DNA of 25,138 nt from a virus (Duplodnaviria > Caudoviricetes). The position numbers were made by a program, and so were the translations under genes. The stretch's first letter is position 1. Every line of letters starts with the position of its first letter. Under the pieces are notes generated by a model, which saw only the letters and a program-made list of their open reading frames with translations, was not told where the DNA came from and did no database searches. This document shows positions 7,981 to 18,400 of the stretch, in pieces. The DNA is taken from the IMG/VR virus record IMGVR_UViG_3300037048_000302, positions 1-25,138 of that record. One strand, given 5' to 3'.

Positions 7981-8991
7981 ATGCTCAACCCCTTTTCAAC
8001 CGATGCATTCAACATGGTGAGCCTCACCAGGGCCATCAACATCCTCCCCAACAACTACGGGCGCCTGCGGGAGCTCAACCTGTTCCCCGGCAAAGGCGTG
8101 CGCACGCGCTCGGTGATCGTGGAGGAAAAGAATGGAATCCTGAATCTGCTTCCGACCATGCCTCCCGGTTCTCCTGGAACCGTCGCCACGCGTGGGAAGC
8201 GGACCGTGAGAAGCTTCACGATCCCTCACATCCCACACGACGACAGCATTCTTCCCCAGGAATACGAGGGCATCCGGGCTTTTGGTTCGGAAACGGAGCT
8301 TGCGACGCTCGCTTCCATTGTGAACGACCACCTGCAGACCATGAGGAACAAGCACGGCATCACCCTCGAGCACCTGCGGATGGGAGCGCTCAAGGGCGTC
8401 ATCCTCGATGCGGACGGGAGCACCCTCTACGACCTGTACTCGGAGTTCGGCATCACGCAAAAGAGCGTGGACTTCGTGCTCGGAACCGAGGGCACGGACG
8501 TTCCCGGCAAATGTCGCGAGGTGGTGCGCCACATCGAGGACAACCTCAAGGGTGAGGTCATGAACAATGTGCGCGCCCTGGTCTCGGCCGAATTCTTCGA
8601 CAAGCTGATCAAGCACGAGACCGTGAAGGAAGTCTACCTCAATTACGCGCGGGCTCAGGACATTCTCGGAAACGATGTGCGCAAGGGCTTCGAGTTTCAG
8701 GGGGTCGTCTTCGAGGAATACCGAGGAGTCGCGACCGACCCCGACGGCAATTCCCGCCGCTTCATTGCGGCAAGCGAAGGCCATGCCTTTCCCGAGGGAA
8801 CCATGGGGACATTCGAGACGCTCTTCGCCCCCGCGGATTTTGTTGAAACGGTCAACACCATCGGTCTTGAGCTCTACGCCAAGCAGGAAGAGCGCAAGTT
8901 CGGGCGCGGGATCGATATCCACACCCAATCGAACCCTCTTCCGATCTGCTACCGACCCGGCCTCCTGGTAAAGATCACGAGCTCCAACTAG
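7981..8991 (+). CDS. Major capsid protein, lambda gpE family (Phage_cap_E)
   Basis: Motifs LTRAINILP, IPHIPHDDSILP, TLEHLRMGALKGVILDADG, FAPADFVETVNTIG and TQSNPLPICYRP. AAGGAG lies 9 nt before ATG 7981 (the track starts at GTG 7972). Confidence 0.95.
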   Translation: MLNPFSTDAFNMVSLTRAINILPNNYGRLRELNLFPGKGVRTRSVIVEEKNGILNLLPTMPPGSPGTVATRGKRTVRSFTIPHIPHDDSILPQEYEGIRAFGSETELATLASIVNDHLQTMRNKHGITLEHLRMGALKGVILDADGSTLYDLYSEFGITQKSVDFVLGTEGTDVPGKCREVVRHIEDNLKGEVMNNVRALVSAEFFDKLIKHETVKEVYLNYARAQDILGNDVRKGFEFQGVVFEEYRGVATDPDGNSRRFIAASEGHAFPEGTMGTFETLFAPADFVETVNTIGLELYAKQEERKFGRGIDIHTQSNPLPICYRPGLLVKITSSN

Positions 8992-9000
8992 GGGGACGCC

Positions 9001-9315
9001 GTGCATGTGCGGGACGCTGAGGCCAAAGCTGTCGCGGATGCGTTTCTTCTGGCGGGGGCGACTGCGGTTTACACCCCGCACGGAGGGAGCCCGGTGTCCG
9101 TTACGGTGATCTTCGAGGATCAAGGCGACTCGAAGGACGGAGATCAGTTCGTCGCGGCCATCACGCGGGCGGCGGTAGCCAGAGTGAGGGCGACGGAGGT
9201 GTCTCTCCCGGCTTACCAGGATTCTCTCGAAATCGACGGGGAGTCCTGGACCGTGATGGGAAAAACCGGTGGCTCTGGCGGCGTCTGGACCCTGGATCTG
9301 AGACGGAGCAGGTAG
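9001..9315 (+). CDS. Head-tail joining/closure protein (gpFII-like)
   Basis: 104 aa, beta-rich (AVYTPHGGSPVSVTVIF...DSLEIDGESWTV...WTLDL), directly after the capsid gene. Confidence 0.65.
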   Translation: MHVRDAEAKAVADAFLLAGATAVYTPHGGSPVSVTVIFEDQGDSKDGDQFVAAITRAAVARVRATEVSLPAYQDSLEIDGESWTVMGKTGGSGGVWTLDLRRSR

Positions 9316-9319
9316 GGCG

Positions 9320-9967
9320 ATGCTGACGGTGCAAGTCGACTCCAACGTTACCAGGGCACTTTCGCTGCTGTCACAGGACCTGGACTCCATTCTGGCTTCG
9401 GCCCTTCGAAGCGAGGCTTATCGGCTGAACACTCTTATCCAGGAAACGGCGAGGTCGGAAGACTTCGGGCCGTTCGCCCCCTATACCGTGGCGGCTCGAA
9501 AGGGCCGGGGATACGGGCCATGGTTTGCGAGATTTTCAAGATACTTCGTGGACCCTGAATTCCTCGAGGCCGGAGCGGGGCTGCTCGGTCCGGATGAGGC
9601 CCCCAGGGGGAAAAGGCGGTTTGCTCCGATCTCCCGCCAGTTTGTTCGAACCGCCGCCATGCACGCCAAGGGATACACGGTCGAAATCACGCGCGAGCGG
9701 CAGCGCAAGATCGCCCAGTTCCTCCAGAAGAAATACGGCGGGGCGCTCAAGCGAACAACGGCCGCCCGGAATCGGCGCACGATGACCAGTCTGAATGTTT
9801 CGGGGTGGCACAAGATGATTCCCAGGGTCGGGACTCACACCGTCAAGGCGCGGCCGATCGTGAGCCGGGTATGGACTGGAGAAGAAAGCAATATCCAGGA
9901 AAACATCCGCCGGATGGTGATGGAAAAGCTCCTATACGGCCGCTACCGGGATGTGCTTGAAACATAA
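9320..9967 (+). CDS. Putative neck/tail-completion (virion morphogenesis) protein
   Basis: 215 aa, very basic, with FAPYTVAARK and a C-terminal HTVKARPIV motif. Lies between the head closure and tail terminator genes. Confidence 0.55.
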   Translation: MLTVQVDSNVTRALSLLSQDLDSILASALRSEAYRLNTLIQETARSEDFGPFAPYTVAARKGRGYGPWFARFSRYFVDPEFLEAGAGLLGPDEAPRGKRRFAPISRQFVRTAAMHAKGYTVEITRERQRKIAQFLQKKYGGALKRTTAARNRRTMTSLNVSGWHKMIPRVGTHTVKARPIVSRVWTGEESNIQENIRRMVMEKLLYGRYRDVLET

Positions 9968-9981
9968 GGCATGGAAGCAAG

Positions 9982-10428
9982 ATGGACAATTTTTTGGCCG
10001 TTGAAGCACCGCTCATCGAGCGTCTTCAAGACAACCTGACGGGGATCCAGGCATTCGGAAGCCTCATGGAGTTTTCGGCCATCCCGAGGCAATCCCTGGT
10101 CTTCCCGTCGGTCTATGTGGGATTTGGCGGATATATGCCGGATGGAGATCCCATCGGGATGGGGAGCCTCCAGCAGGTGAGGCAGCTTTGGGTTGTGCTG
10201 GTTGCGGTGAGGAATGCGCTGGATCGCGACGGCTCCCTTCTGCGTCAGGATGCGGGCCCCATCATGGGGAAGATCCTGCAACTTCTTCTCGGCTGGCGCG
10301 CCATGACCGGCGTGCAGCCGTTCACGCTTTCAGATCCAATGGACCCCATGTACGGCGGCGGCTGCGGGTTTTTCCCGATGACGTTCGCCTGCAAAATCGC
10401 CTGCCGCGGCGATCTCGTCATCACGTAA
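9982..10428 (+). CDS. Tail terminator protein (Mu gp37-like)
   Basis: 148 aa: NFLAVEAPLIERL...PSVYVGFGG...QLWVVLVAVRN...LLGW...FFPMTF. Lies immediately before the tail tube gene. Confidence 0.7.
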   Translation: MDNFLAVEAPLIERLQDNLTGIQAFGSLMEFSAIPRQSLVFPSVYVGFGGYMPDGDPIGMGSLQQVRQLWVVLVAVRNALDRDGSLLRQDAGPIMGKILQLLLGWRAMTGVQPFTLSDPMDPMYGGGCGFFPMTFACKIACRGDLVIT

Positions 10429-10455
10429 CGCGCGGGCGCGCAAGGAGACGACATC

Positions 10456-11196
10456 ATGATTGATTACAGCTACATCGGGGTGGGCAAGATCTTCCTCAAG
10501 AACAATGCGGCAACGGATGTCCTCGGGCTGGTGCATATCGGGAACTGTTCCAAGCTCGAGTTCGCAGTGGACGAGGAAACCAAGACTTTGGTCGACTACA
10601 CCACCACCGGCGGCGGGACCCTGAATGAAGTGCGGCGAGTGAAGGGCGTCGATCTTTCCATGACCCTGCACAATCTCTCGCCCGAAAACGTCTCCATGGC
10701 GCTCTACGGGACCACCTCGGGAGTAGCGGCCGGAACGGTTTCCGTTGCCGAAAGCATCACGGCCATTGTCGGGGCACTCTCTCGTCTCGCGTACCCCAAC
10801 CCGAGCAATGTCGTGGTGAAAGACGCAACCGATACCACCACCTATGTGCTGAACGAAGACTATGAAGTCTCGCCCGGAGGCATCACTCCTCTTGCCGGAG
10901 GCGATATCGAAACCGATGACGTCCTCCATGTGACGTACAGCTATGGGGCGTTCGACCTGGTGCAGGCCCTGGCGGGGGCCGCCGGCGAATACCTGCTGTT
11001 CTTCGAAGGGTTGAACGAGGCGAGATCCGGGAAGCCGGTCCTGATCGATGTGTGGCGCGCCCGCTTCGGCGCCGCCAAGAATATCGGTTTCATCGGCCAG
11101 GATTACGCCGAGCTCGCGGTCGAAGGGAAAGTCCTGAAAGACACCACCAAGACCGGCGGCGTGAGCACCTATTTCCGCGTGGCCTTCGTCGAATAA
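10456..11196 (+). CDS. Major tail (tube) protein of a non-contractile tail
   Basis: 246 aa with SYIGVGKIF, IGNCSKLEF, LSMTLHNLSPEN, FEGLNEA and GKVLKD. AAGGAG RBS. Precedes the tape measure gene; no sheath gene is present. Confidence 0.8.
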   Translation: MIDYSYIGVGKIFLKNNAATDVLGLVHIGNCSKLEFAVDEETKTLVDYTTTGGGTLNEVRRVKGVDLSMTLHNLSPENVSMALYGTTSGVAAGTVSVAESITAIVGALSRLAYPNPSNVVVKDATDTTTYVLNEDYEVSPGGITPLAGGDIETDDVLHVTYSYGAFDLVQALAGAAGEYLLFFEGLNEARSGKPVLIDVWRARFGAAKNIGFIGQDYAELAVEGKVLKDTTKTGGVSTYFRVAFVE

Positions 11197-11200
11197 TCAT

Positions 11201-11256
11201 CATCGCGGGGAACGCCGAGGATCACTTCCTTTGCGTTCTTTGCGTCTTTGCGGTGA
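11201..11256. repeat. Intergenic imperfect hairpin with tandem CTTTGCG units (REP-like element)
   Basis: CATCGCGGGGAACGCCGAGG...CTTTGCGTTCTTTGCGTCTTTGCGGTG. There are three CTTTGCG copies, and the arms pair with G-U wobbles. Confidence 0.55.
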
Positions 11257-11262
11257 GAAGAA

Positions 11263-14200
11263 ATGGCCGACAGCTACAAACTCGCCATCAAAATCGCGGC
11301 CGAAACCGACCAGGCCAAGAGCAACATCGACCGGCTGAACTCGGAATTCGGGGAGCTGCTCAAAACCCTCGGCAAAACCCCGAAGGACATCCAAGCATTC
11401 TCGAAGCTCGCGACCGACATGCTGGCGACCGGGAAGGCCGCTGACGGTCTGGACCGGGAGACCCAGCAGCTTCTCACCACCTACCAGCAGCTGGTGGGAA
11501 TCGCCCGCAGCAAGGACATGCTCGGCCTAGTCCCCCATGATCAGATCGCCAAGCAGATCGACCAGGTCGAATCCGCCTTCAACAGTCTCAAGAATTCCGG
11601 GGTGCTGACCCAGAGGGAGCTTGCCCAGGCGGCCCTCCTCACCCACCAGAAACTGAGGGAGCTCGAATCCAAAACTTCCGGCGTATCGGTCGCGTTAACG
11701 GCCCTGCGCGGGGAGCTCGCCCAGCTCGGGGTGGCCGGGGCCGGAATCGGCCTTGCGGTCCGGGAGGCCGTAAGATTTGAGTCCGCCATGGCGGATGTGC
11801 GCAAGGTGGTGGACGGGACCGAAGAAGAGATGGCCGGCCTCGAGGATACCCTCAAGGCCATGGCCCGGGAGCTTCCGCTTTCGACCGAGGCGCTCGCCGG
11901 GATCGCAGCCGCCGGAGGACAGCTCGGAATCCCCATCCAGAATATCGAGCAGTTCACGCGCCTGGCGGCCGAGATGTCGGTCGCCTTCAACATGAGCGCC
12001 GACCAGGCGGGGCAGGCCATCGCCAAGATGACCAACGTGTTCAAGTTGAGCATGCCCGAGGTCCGCTCCCTGGGCGATGCCGTGAATACGCTCGGGAACA
12101 ATTCGGCGGCCACCGAAGCCGACATCCTGGAAGTCATGACCCGGGTCGGCGGGATGTCCACCCAGTTCGGACTCTCGGCCGAACAGACGGCGGCGCTTGC
12201 AACCGCCATGCTCTCCATGGGGAAAACCCCCGAGGTTGCGGCAACCGGCATCAATGCACTCCTCGGCAAGCTCCAGACTTCCACGACTCAATCCGCCGAG
12301 TTCAAGGAAGGGCTCCGGGCGCTCGGCCTCGAGGCCGGGACCTTTGCCAGAAGCATCGCCGCCGATCCCCAGAAGGCGATCAACCAATTTCTTTCGAGCC
12401 TCCAAGGCCTCGATAGAATGGCCAAGGCCGAAATTCTTTCCAAGATGTTCGGCCAGGAGTACCAGGACGATATCGCGGCACTGGTCAACGGAATGGACCA
12501 GTACCAGAAATCCCTGGGGCTCGTTTCCGATAAAACGAAGACGGCGGGAGCGCTCACCAGGGAATACGAGGAACGGGCCAAGACCACCGAAAATCAGCTC
12601 CAGCTTCTTCATAATGCCGTGAAGGAAGTCGGCAACAACGTCGGGACCGTGTTTCTGCCCGCGATCAAAAAAGCCGCGGAGGGACTGGCGGGATTCACGA
12701 ACATCGTGGCCGATCTCGCCGATCGCTTCCCCATGATCGCGGGGCTTGCCGCAACTCTTGGCACCGCGGCAATCGCCACGAATGGACTCAAGACCGCCTG
12801 GCTCGCGCTCCAGGTCGTGGTCGGAAACACGGGAGCCACCGCCACCACCGCGCTCACCGCCATGACCGGCAACGCAACCCTTGCCGCCGGGGCCGTCTCC
12901 CGGATCGGCCAGGCCTTTTCATTGCTCGGAGCAGCCCTTGTCGGCTGGGATATCGGAACCTGGCTCTCGGATGAATTCGAGATCGTCAGAAAATCCGGCG
13001 TCTTCATGGTCGAAGTGCTCATGCGGGCGCTGGAGGACCTGCAGTACAAGTGGGAGGTCCTCAAGGCGATCGCGTCCGACGACACCATGGAGGCCGCGGC
13101 CGAGCGTCATGCCCGGCGCCTGGCGGAGATGGCCAAGATTTTCGAGTCCGAATACAAGGCGGTCGAGGACGGCGTCTGGAAGGCGCGCAACAAGGCGCAA
13201 GAGGGCGCGAAGGGCGTTGCCGACGCGGCCCAGAAGATCATGAACGATGCAACCGCCGCCATGCAGGGCACGGTGGGGGCCGCAACAACCAATATCGCGA
13301 CCCTTTCCGAATCCGCCGCCAAGTCCATGGGCGCCGCCGGAAAAGAGATCGTATCCCAGCTCACCGGCATGCAGGAACAGGGTCGGAGCATGGGACAGGT
13401 TGTGTCCGATGCACTGCAGACTCTGACCAATCCGAACATTTCGTGGGATGAGTTCGCAAAGCTCGGCCTGAGCATGGCCAAGCTGCGCGATGAAAGCGCC
13501 TCCGCCGCCCAGGCCGTGGACTCTCAGCTCGTCGCCGCCCTGGGGAATCTCTCCAACAAGGCCCTCGTCGATTTCATGGGCCGCTCCCAGGTGGCCTTCG
13601 CGGAAGCGGGCAAATCCGCAGACGATTTTCGCTTCATCCTGGAAGCCGGGCTCAACGCCGCTCTCGCCAAGCTGGGAGTCGATACCGAGCAGTTCCGCAC
13701 GGGAATGACCACGGCGGGAGCCGCAGCCATCGAGATGTTCACCCTCGTGGGCGAGAACGCCCAGGCATCGGGGGCCCAGATTGCCGCCGCCTTTGACGCC
13801 GCGCTCGGGAAAGTCCAGGACCTCGATGAAATCAACCACCTGCGCGAGCAGCTCCAGCGCCTCGGCCGCGATGGCCGGATCTCGGTCGACCAGCTCTCGG
13901 CCGCCATGGAACGTTTGGAGGACAAGGCCGAGGAGCTGAGCGATGCGGTGGACCCCGTCGAGCAGGCATTCAAGAGCCTCGGGATCACGAGCAGCAAGGC
14001 GCTCGACGTCGTTGCTCAAAAGGCGAAGCAGGATTTTGAAACCATTCGTAACAGCGGAGTGGCTTCCGCCGGCGACGTGCAGGCCGCGTTCAAGGCTTAC
14101 GCGGAGAAAGCCATCGCCGCCGCCGAGGCCCACGGAGAGGCGCAGGCCCGGGTGGTTGCGGCAACGCTCAACGCCCAGGGCGCGACCCTTGGACTTCGCG

Positions 14201-15012
14201 ACAAGCTGCAGCAGGCGGGCGTCGCCGGGACCCAGGCCGGAGAGGATATCGCGAAAGGAATGGACGAGGCGGCGGCCGCAACGAGGGATGCCGCGCAAGC
14301 CGCCGACGAAATGCAGGAAGCGGTGGCCGAAAGTGGCGAAAAGCAAAAGACAAGCGGTCCCGCAACCGTCGACCGCAACGCTCCCATCACCTGGACCATC
14401 CCCTATTACGAGCAGATGGGAGACCGGCTGCGGACCGAGATCAAGGAGGCCATGAAATGGCACGGCTACGGAGATGGGATGGTCAAGCACTTCACCGTTC
14501 TCAGGCGGACCATTAAAGAGGCCGGAGCGCAGGTGAAGGAAGCCGAAGCCATGCGCAAGCAGATCGAATTCCAGATCAAAACGGGCGGAATGACCGACAT
14601 GCTGGCGCTCTCGGCCGAAAGCTTCGTGAGATCCATGAACGGCATATTGGGGGAGGATCAGCTCTCCTACCTGCAGGGCGAGCTCGAAAGCTTTCGCTCG
14701 CGGGCGACTGAAGAAGCCCCATCGACTCCCATCCCGGCAAGACGCGCGAAGTCCTCCGGGGAACTCGCTGCGGCAGCCGAGGTAACGGCCGGCGCCGTTG
14801 AGACGGCCTTAACCAGGGGCGCGGTCCCGGCAGTCTCCGCGCGCGCGGTATCCGCCGATTCCATGGGACGCGTGGCGTCTCTTCTTTCCGAAATCGCGGA
14901 CGACGTTTCGACGATCGCCTCGGTTGCCACTCGGTATCGGCCCGGAAACGGCGGGAGAGTCAGCACCGAATCGATTCTGACGTCGATATCGGACGCGGCC
15001 TCGAGGAGCTGA
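11263..15012 (+). CDS. Tail tape measure protein (TP901-family core), 1249 aa
   Basis: Motifs AVRFESAMADVRKVVD, IAAAGGQLGI, GDAVNTLGNNSAATEADI and TTENQLQLL. Ala-rich and helical with hydrophobic segments. Confidence 0.95.
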   Translation: MADSYKLAIKIAAETDQAKSNIDRLNSEFGELLKTLGKTPKDIQAFSKLATDMLATGKAADGLDRETQQLLTTYQQLVGIARSKDMLGLVPHDQIAKQIDQVESAFNSLKNSGVLTQRELAQAALLTHQKLRELESKTSGVSVALTALRGELAQLGVAGAGIGLAVREAVRFESAMADVRKVVDGTEEEMAGLEDTLKAMARELPLSTEALAGIAAAGGQLGIPIQNIEQFTRLAAEMSVAFNMSADQAGQAIAKMTNVFKLSMPEVRSLGDAVNTLGNNSAATEADILEVMTRVGGMSTQFGLSAEQTAALATAMLSMGKTPEVAATGINALLGKLQTSTTQSAEFKEGLRALGLEAGTFARSIAADPQKAINQFLSSLQGLDRMAKAEILSKMFGQEYQDDIAALVNGMDQYQKSLGLVSDKTKTAGALTREYEERAKTTENQLQLLHNAVKEVGNNVGTVFLPAIKKAAEGLAGFTNIVADLADRFPMIAGLAATLGTAAIATNGLKTAWLALQVVVGNTGATATTALTAMTGNATLAAGAVSRIGQAFSLLGAALVGWDIGTWLSDEFEIVRKSGVFMVEVLMRALEDLQYKWEVLKAIASDDTMEAAAERHARRLAEMAKIFESEYKAVEDGVWKARNKAQEGAKGVADAAQKIMNDATAAMQGTVGAATTNIATLSESAAKSMGAAGKEIVSQLTGMQEQGRSMGQVVSDALQTLTNPNISWDEFAKLGLSMAKLRDESASAAQAVDSQLVAALGNLSNKALVDFMGRSQVAFAEAGKSADDFRFILEAGLNAALAKLGVDTEQFRTGMTTAGAAAIEMFTLVGENAQASGAQIAAAFDAALGKVQDLDEINHLREQLQRLGRDGRISVDQLSAAMERLEDKAEELSDAVDPVEQAFKSLGITSSKALDVVAQKAKQDFETIRNSGVASAGDVQAAFKAYAEKAIAAAEAHGEAQARVVAATLNAQGATLGLRDKLQQAGVAGTQAGEDIAKGMDEAAAATRDAAQAADEMQEAVAESGEKQKTSGPATVDRNAPITWTIPYYEQMGDRLRTEIKEAMKWHGYGDGMVKHFTVLRRTIKEAGAQVKEAEAMRKQIEFQIKTGGMTDMLALSAESFVRSMNGILGEDQLSYLQGELESFRSRATEEAPSTPIPARRAKSSGELAAAAEVTAGAVETALTRGAVPAVSARAVSADSMGRVASLLSEIADDVSTIASVATRYRPGNGGRVSTESILTSISDAASRS

Positions 15013-15016
15013 GAGC

Positions 15017-15409
15017 ATGGCCATGACGCTCGATGGAATCACGCTGCCTCCGGGGCTCATCTGGGAGGATGAATTCAACTGGACCCCGGTGGTCCAGAAC
15101 GTGACCATGACGCTCACGGGGACCGTTCTCGTCCAGGAAGCCTCCGGCCTAACCGGTCGCCCTATTACCCTCGTCGGGAGCGAGGAGAGCTGTTGGGCGA
15201 GTCGGAGTGTGGTTCAGCAGCTGATCGCTCTCATGCAGACCGCGGACACGATCATGTCGCTCACCATCGGCATAACCACGTATTCCGTCATGTGGCGCAG
15301 GGAAGACGGCACTCCCATCGAGGTCGAGCAGCTCCTGCCCGTGACCGAGCCCGCAACCGATGCGCTCTACGTAATCCATTCGCTCAACTTCATGGAGGTC
15401 GCCGAATAA
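15017..15409 (+). CDS. Putative distal tail protein
   Basis: 130 aa: LDGITLPPGLIWEDEFNWTPV...TLTGTVLVQ...GRPITL. First gene after the tape measure. Confidence 0.65.
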   Translation: MAMTLDGITLPPGLIWEDEFNWTPVVQNVTMTLTGTVLVQEASGLTGRPITLVGSEESCWASRSVVQQLIALMQTADTIMSLTIGITTYSVMWRREDGTPIEVEQLLPVTEPATDALYVIHSLNFMEVAE

Positions 15410-18400
15410 TGATCCTCGAAACAGATATCAAGCTGATGCAGTCCGAGCGGCTCCAGGACACCGAGGACGGCGGCGGGCGCATGACGGGAAACGAAGTGGT
15501 GGATGGGCTTTCGAACAATCTCTTCCCCGATATCTCCGAGCTGGATCGGACTTACGGCCGCATCAGCCTGCGCAAATGCTTCCCGGCGGTCCTGACCGAC
15601 ACGGTCGACACCTATTACGGCGCGAACATGATTATATCCGAGCCGCCCGAGGACCCACTGGTGCATGTCTCGATTTTCAAGACCCGGGAGTCCAATGCAT
15701 GGTTCGACGAGCGATCCGACGCGCAAAACAAGGTGGAGAGCTATGTCACCCAGGGCGTGCTCTCCTCCATGAAGATGCTGGGAAACCATTTCGTGGGACA
15801 GCGGGCCCTCCTGGCCTATCAGGGAACGTCGGACGACATCCCGGGCGTGGGCGACGTGTATGTTCTGAGCGACGGCGGCAACACTCAATTCGTGCGCGTG
15901 GACGCCATCGAGCATGAGACGGTTACCTACACGGATACCCTGGGCAACTTTCAGAAGATCGAGCTCACCATCACGCTGAGCGACGCCCTGCGATACGCCT
16001 TCCAGGGGGGAGAGCCCAATCGGTATTCCGCCTATCAGCCCACGGCCAAAATCTACAAATCCAACGTCGTCGAGGCCATCGCCTATTACGGCATCGTGAC
16101 CCTGGCGCAAGCGGTCGACCTGGGGGACATGCAGGTCAAGGTATCCGACATCAAACGGCCGCTGGTCCCGAGCACCCAGGCGGAGTCCGCCATTCTCGAC
16201 ATCCAGGCCGGCGGGACGCGATCCGTTACCCTCGATGCCGGGGCCCGGGACGTTCAGATGTCGAACGTCGCGCACACCGGGATCACCGAGATCACCAGCG
16301 CCACGCGCGGCTACAACTATGTGAAGTCACTCTATCCGCTGCCTGCCGTCGGAACGCTCGAGGTGAGCTACCGCTCGCGGGAGAAGTGGTACACGATCTT
16401 GGATGAGCTCGGGACCGGGGAGCTTACCGGAGACGGGACGGGGCGGATCGTCTATGAAACCGGCTCGGTCATGATCACCCTGCAGGACCTCCCCGACGTC
16501 GACACCGCCCTGCTGTGGGCGTGGTCGTCTCCGGCGCACTACGATGTACGGACCAATGCGGATGTGAGACCCTTCCAGTGGGAGGGGGAAACCGAGCACT
16601 ATCCGATCGTTCCCGGATCGATTTCCATCACCTGGGAATACCCGAGCGGAGTCACCAAAACCGCGACCGATAACGGAACGGGGAGCTTCACGGGAGACGG
16701 CACGGGCACCATTTGTTACGCCACGGGAGTGTTCTGGCTCCGGCCCACACTGATTCCCGAGGCGGGCACGACTCCCCAGATCACCTACGATTACGGAACG
16801 CTCGTGACCGAGGTCTACAATGTGCCGCTTCCAGGCGACGGGCTGCTGGAGCTCACGGCCGCGCAACAGATCACTCCCTACACGCTCTCGGTCGAATGGG
16901 TGGTGGAGCGGGATTTTAACCGGTATCAGAAATCGGGAGAATCCGATCCTGGCGGGGTGCGCCATTACGGTCCCTATACGTTCACGGAGGCCCCTTCCTC
17001 GTCTTTCATCGAGGAAAAGTCTCAGACCGTCATCACCACGCGCATCAATACGTCCGATGACGGCGCGGGAAACCTGGTATCGGGAACGGTCAATTATGCG
17101 ACCGGAGAGATGTCGTTCTGGTGCCAGGTCATAGTGGAATACAAGGAAACGAACCATTCCGGGGCCGATGGTGGAAGCTCCTGGGTGACTGCCGAGACAA
17201 CCGGATGGCCGTCCGATCCGGTCCCCGTGACAATTCGCTATAAGCCGGTCACGGGAACGGATACCGAAGCGACCGAAACCCTCCCGGCCATGCCTCTTCT
17301 CATCGCGCTCACACCCAGCACCGATGGGCTGGTGGTGCCGGAGAGCGTTCAGTTCCTCATAGGGACATCGACCTATATCGATCGGGACGGCTCCATCTAC
17401 CGCGACGTGACGGAGATCGATCCGGTCGGGACTTATTCCGGAACGATCGATTACGAGACGGGGATCGTGACTCTCACCGACTGGACGCCGGGAAGCTCGA
17501 CGTTCACCCTGACGTCGCTTCTCACCCAAAAGGGGCAATGGACGGAAGCCTTCATGCGATTCCGGACCCCAAGCGCTCCCGTGCGCCCCGGCGGGTTCGT
17601 CCTGACCGCAACCGATATCAACGGGGACCTCATCACCGGGACCGCGAATACCAGCGGAGAAATCATCGGGGACCATATCGACGGGGACATCGATTTCGAG
17701 ACCGGCGTGGTCGAGGTTTCCTTCGGGGACCGAGTCCTCGATTCCTCGCTCACGCCGGAGGAGAAGGAGGAGCCCTGGTACGATCCTGCGAATGTGGACC
17801 TCGAGGGCTACATCTGGAAGCCGCTTGAAATCTTTCCGAATACGTGCCGGTTCAATGTCGTGGTCTATGTCTACCTGCCGCTGGATTCCGATATTCTGGG
17901 CCTGGATCCGGTCCGCCTGCCGCTGGACGGGCGCGTGCCCATCTTCAGGACCGGCGATGTGATCGTGCTGCACAACACGCAGACCGAGACCATCGCGACT
18001 CCCTATAACGGACTGGTTGTGGACTGCGGGCGAGTGCGGCTGTCGTATGCCAAGCTTTACGACGGCGACGGCAATCCGGTGAATACCGATCTCTACACGG
18101 TGGATCTCGATGCTGGAACCGTAACCCTTGGGGCCATATCCGGACTCACGACTCCCTTCGCCCTGGAGCACCGAATCGAGGACATGGCGCTCGTGAGCGA
18201 TCTTCAGATCAACGGGACCCTGACTCTCACGCGGTCCATGAGCCACGATTACGCGACGGACGGAAGCTATGTATCGAGCGCCGTCGTGATCGGGGACCTG
18301 TTCGCCAGGTTCTCCACGCTGTTCAGCCAGGCCACCTGGACGAGCGTCTGGTCGGATGAGCTCATCGGGAGCAGCCCTCTCGCTCAATACAATGACGCCG

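Noticed and set aside
15193-15408. ORF-track N-terminal extensions (15193, also 5867, 20406 and 24221)
   Set aside because: They overlap upstream genes. Coupled or RBS-supported starts at 15409, 6017, 20436 and 24464 fit better.
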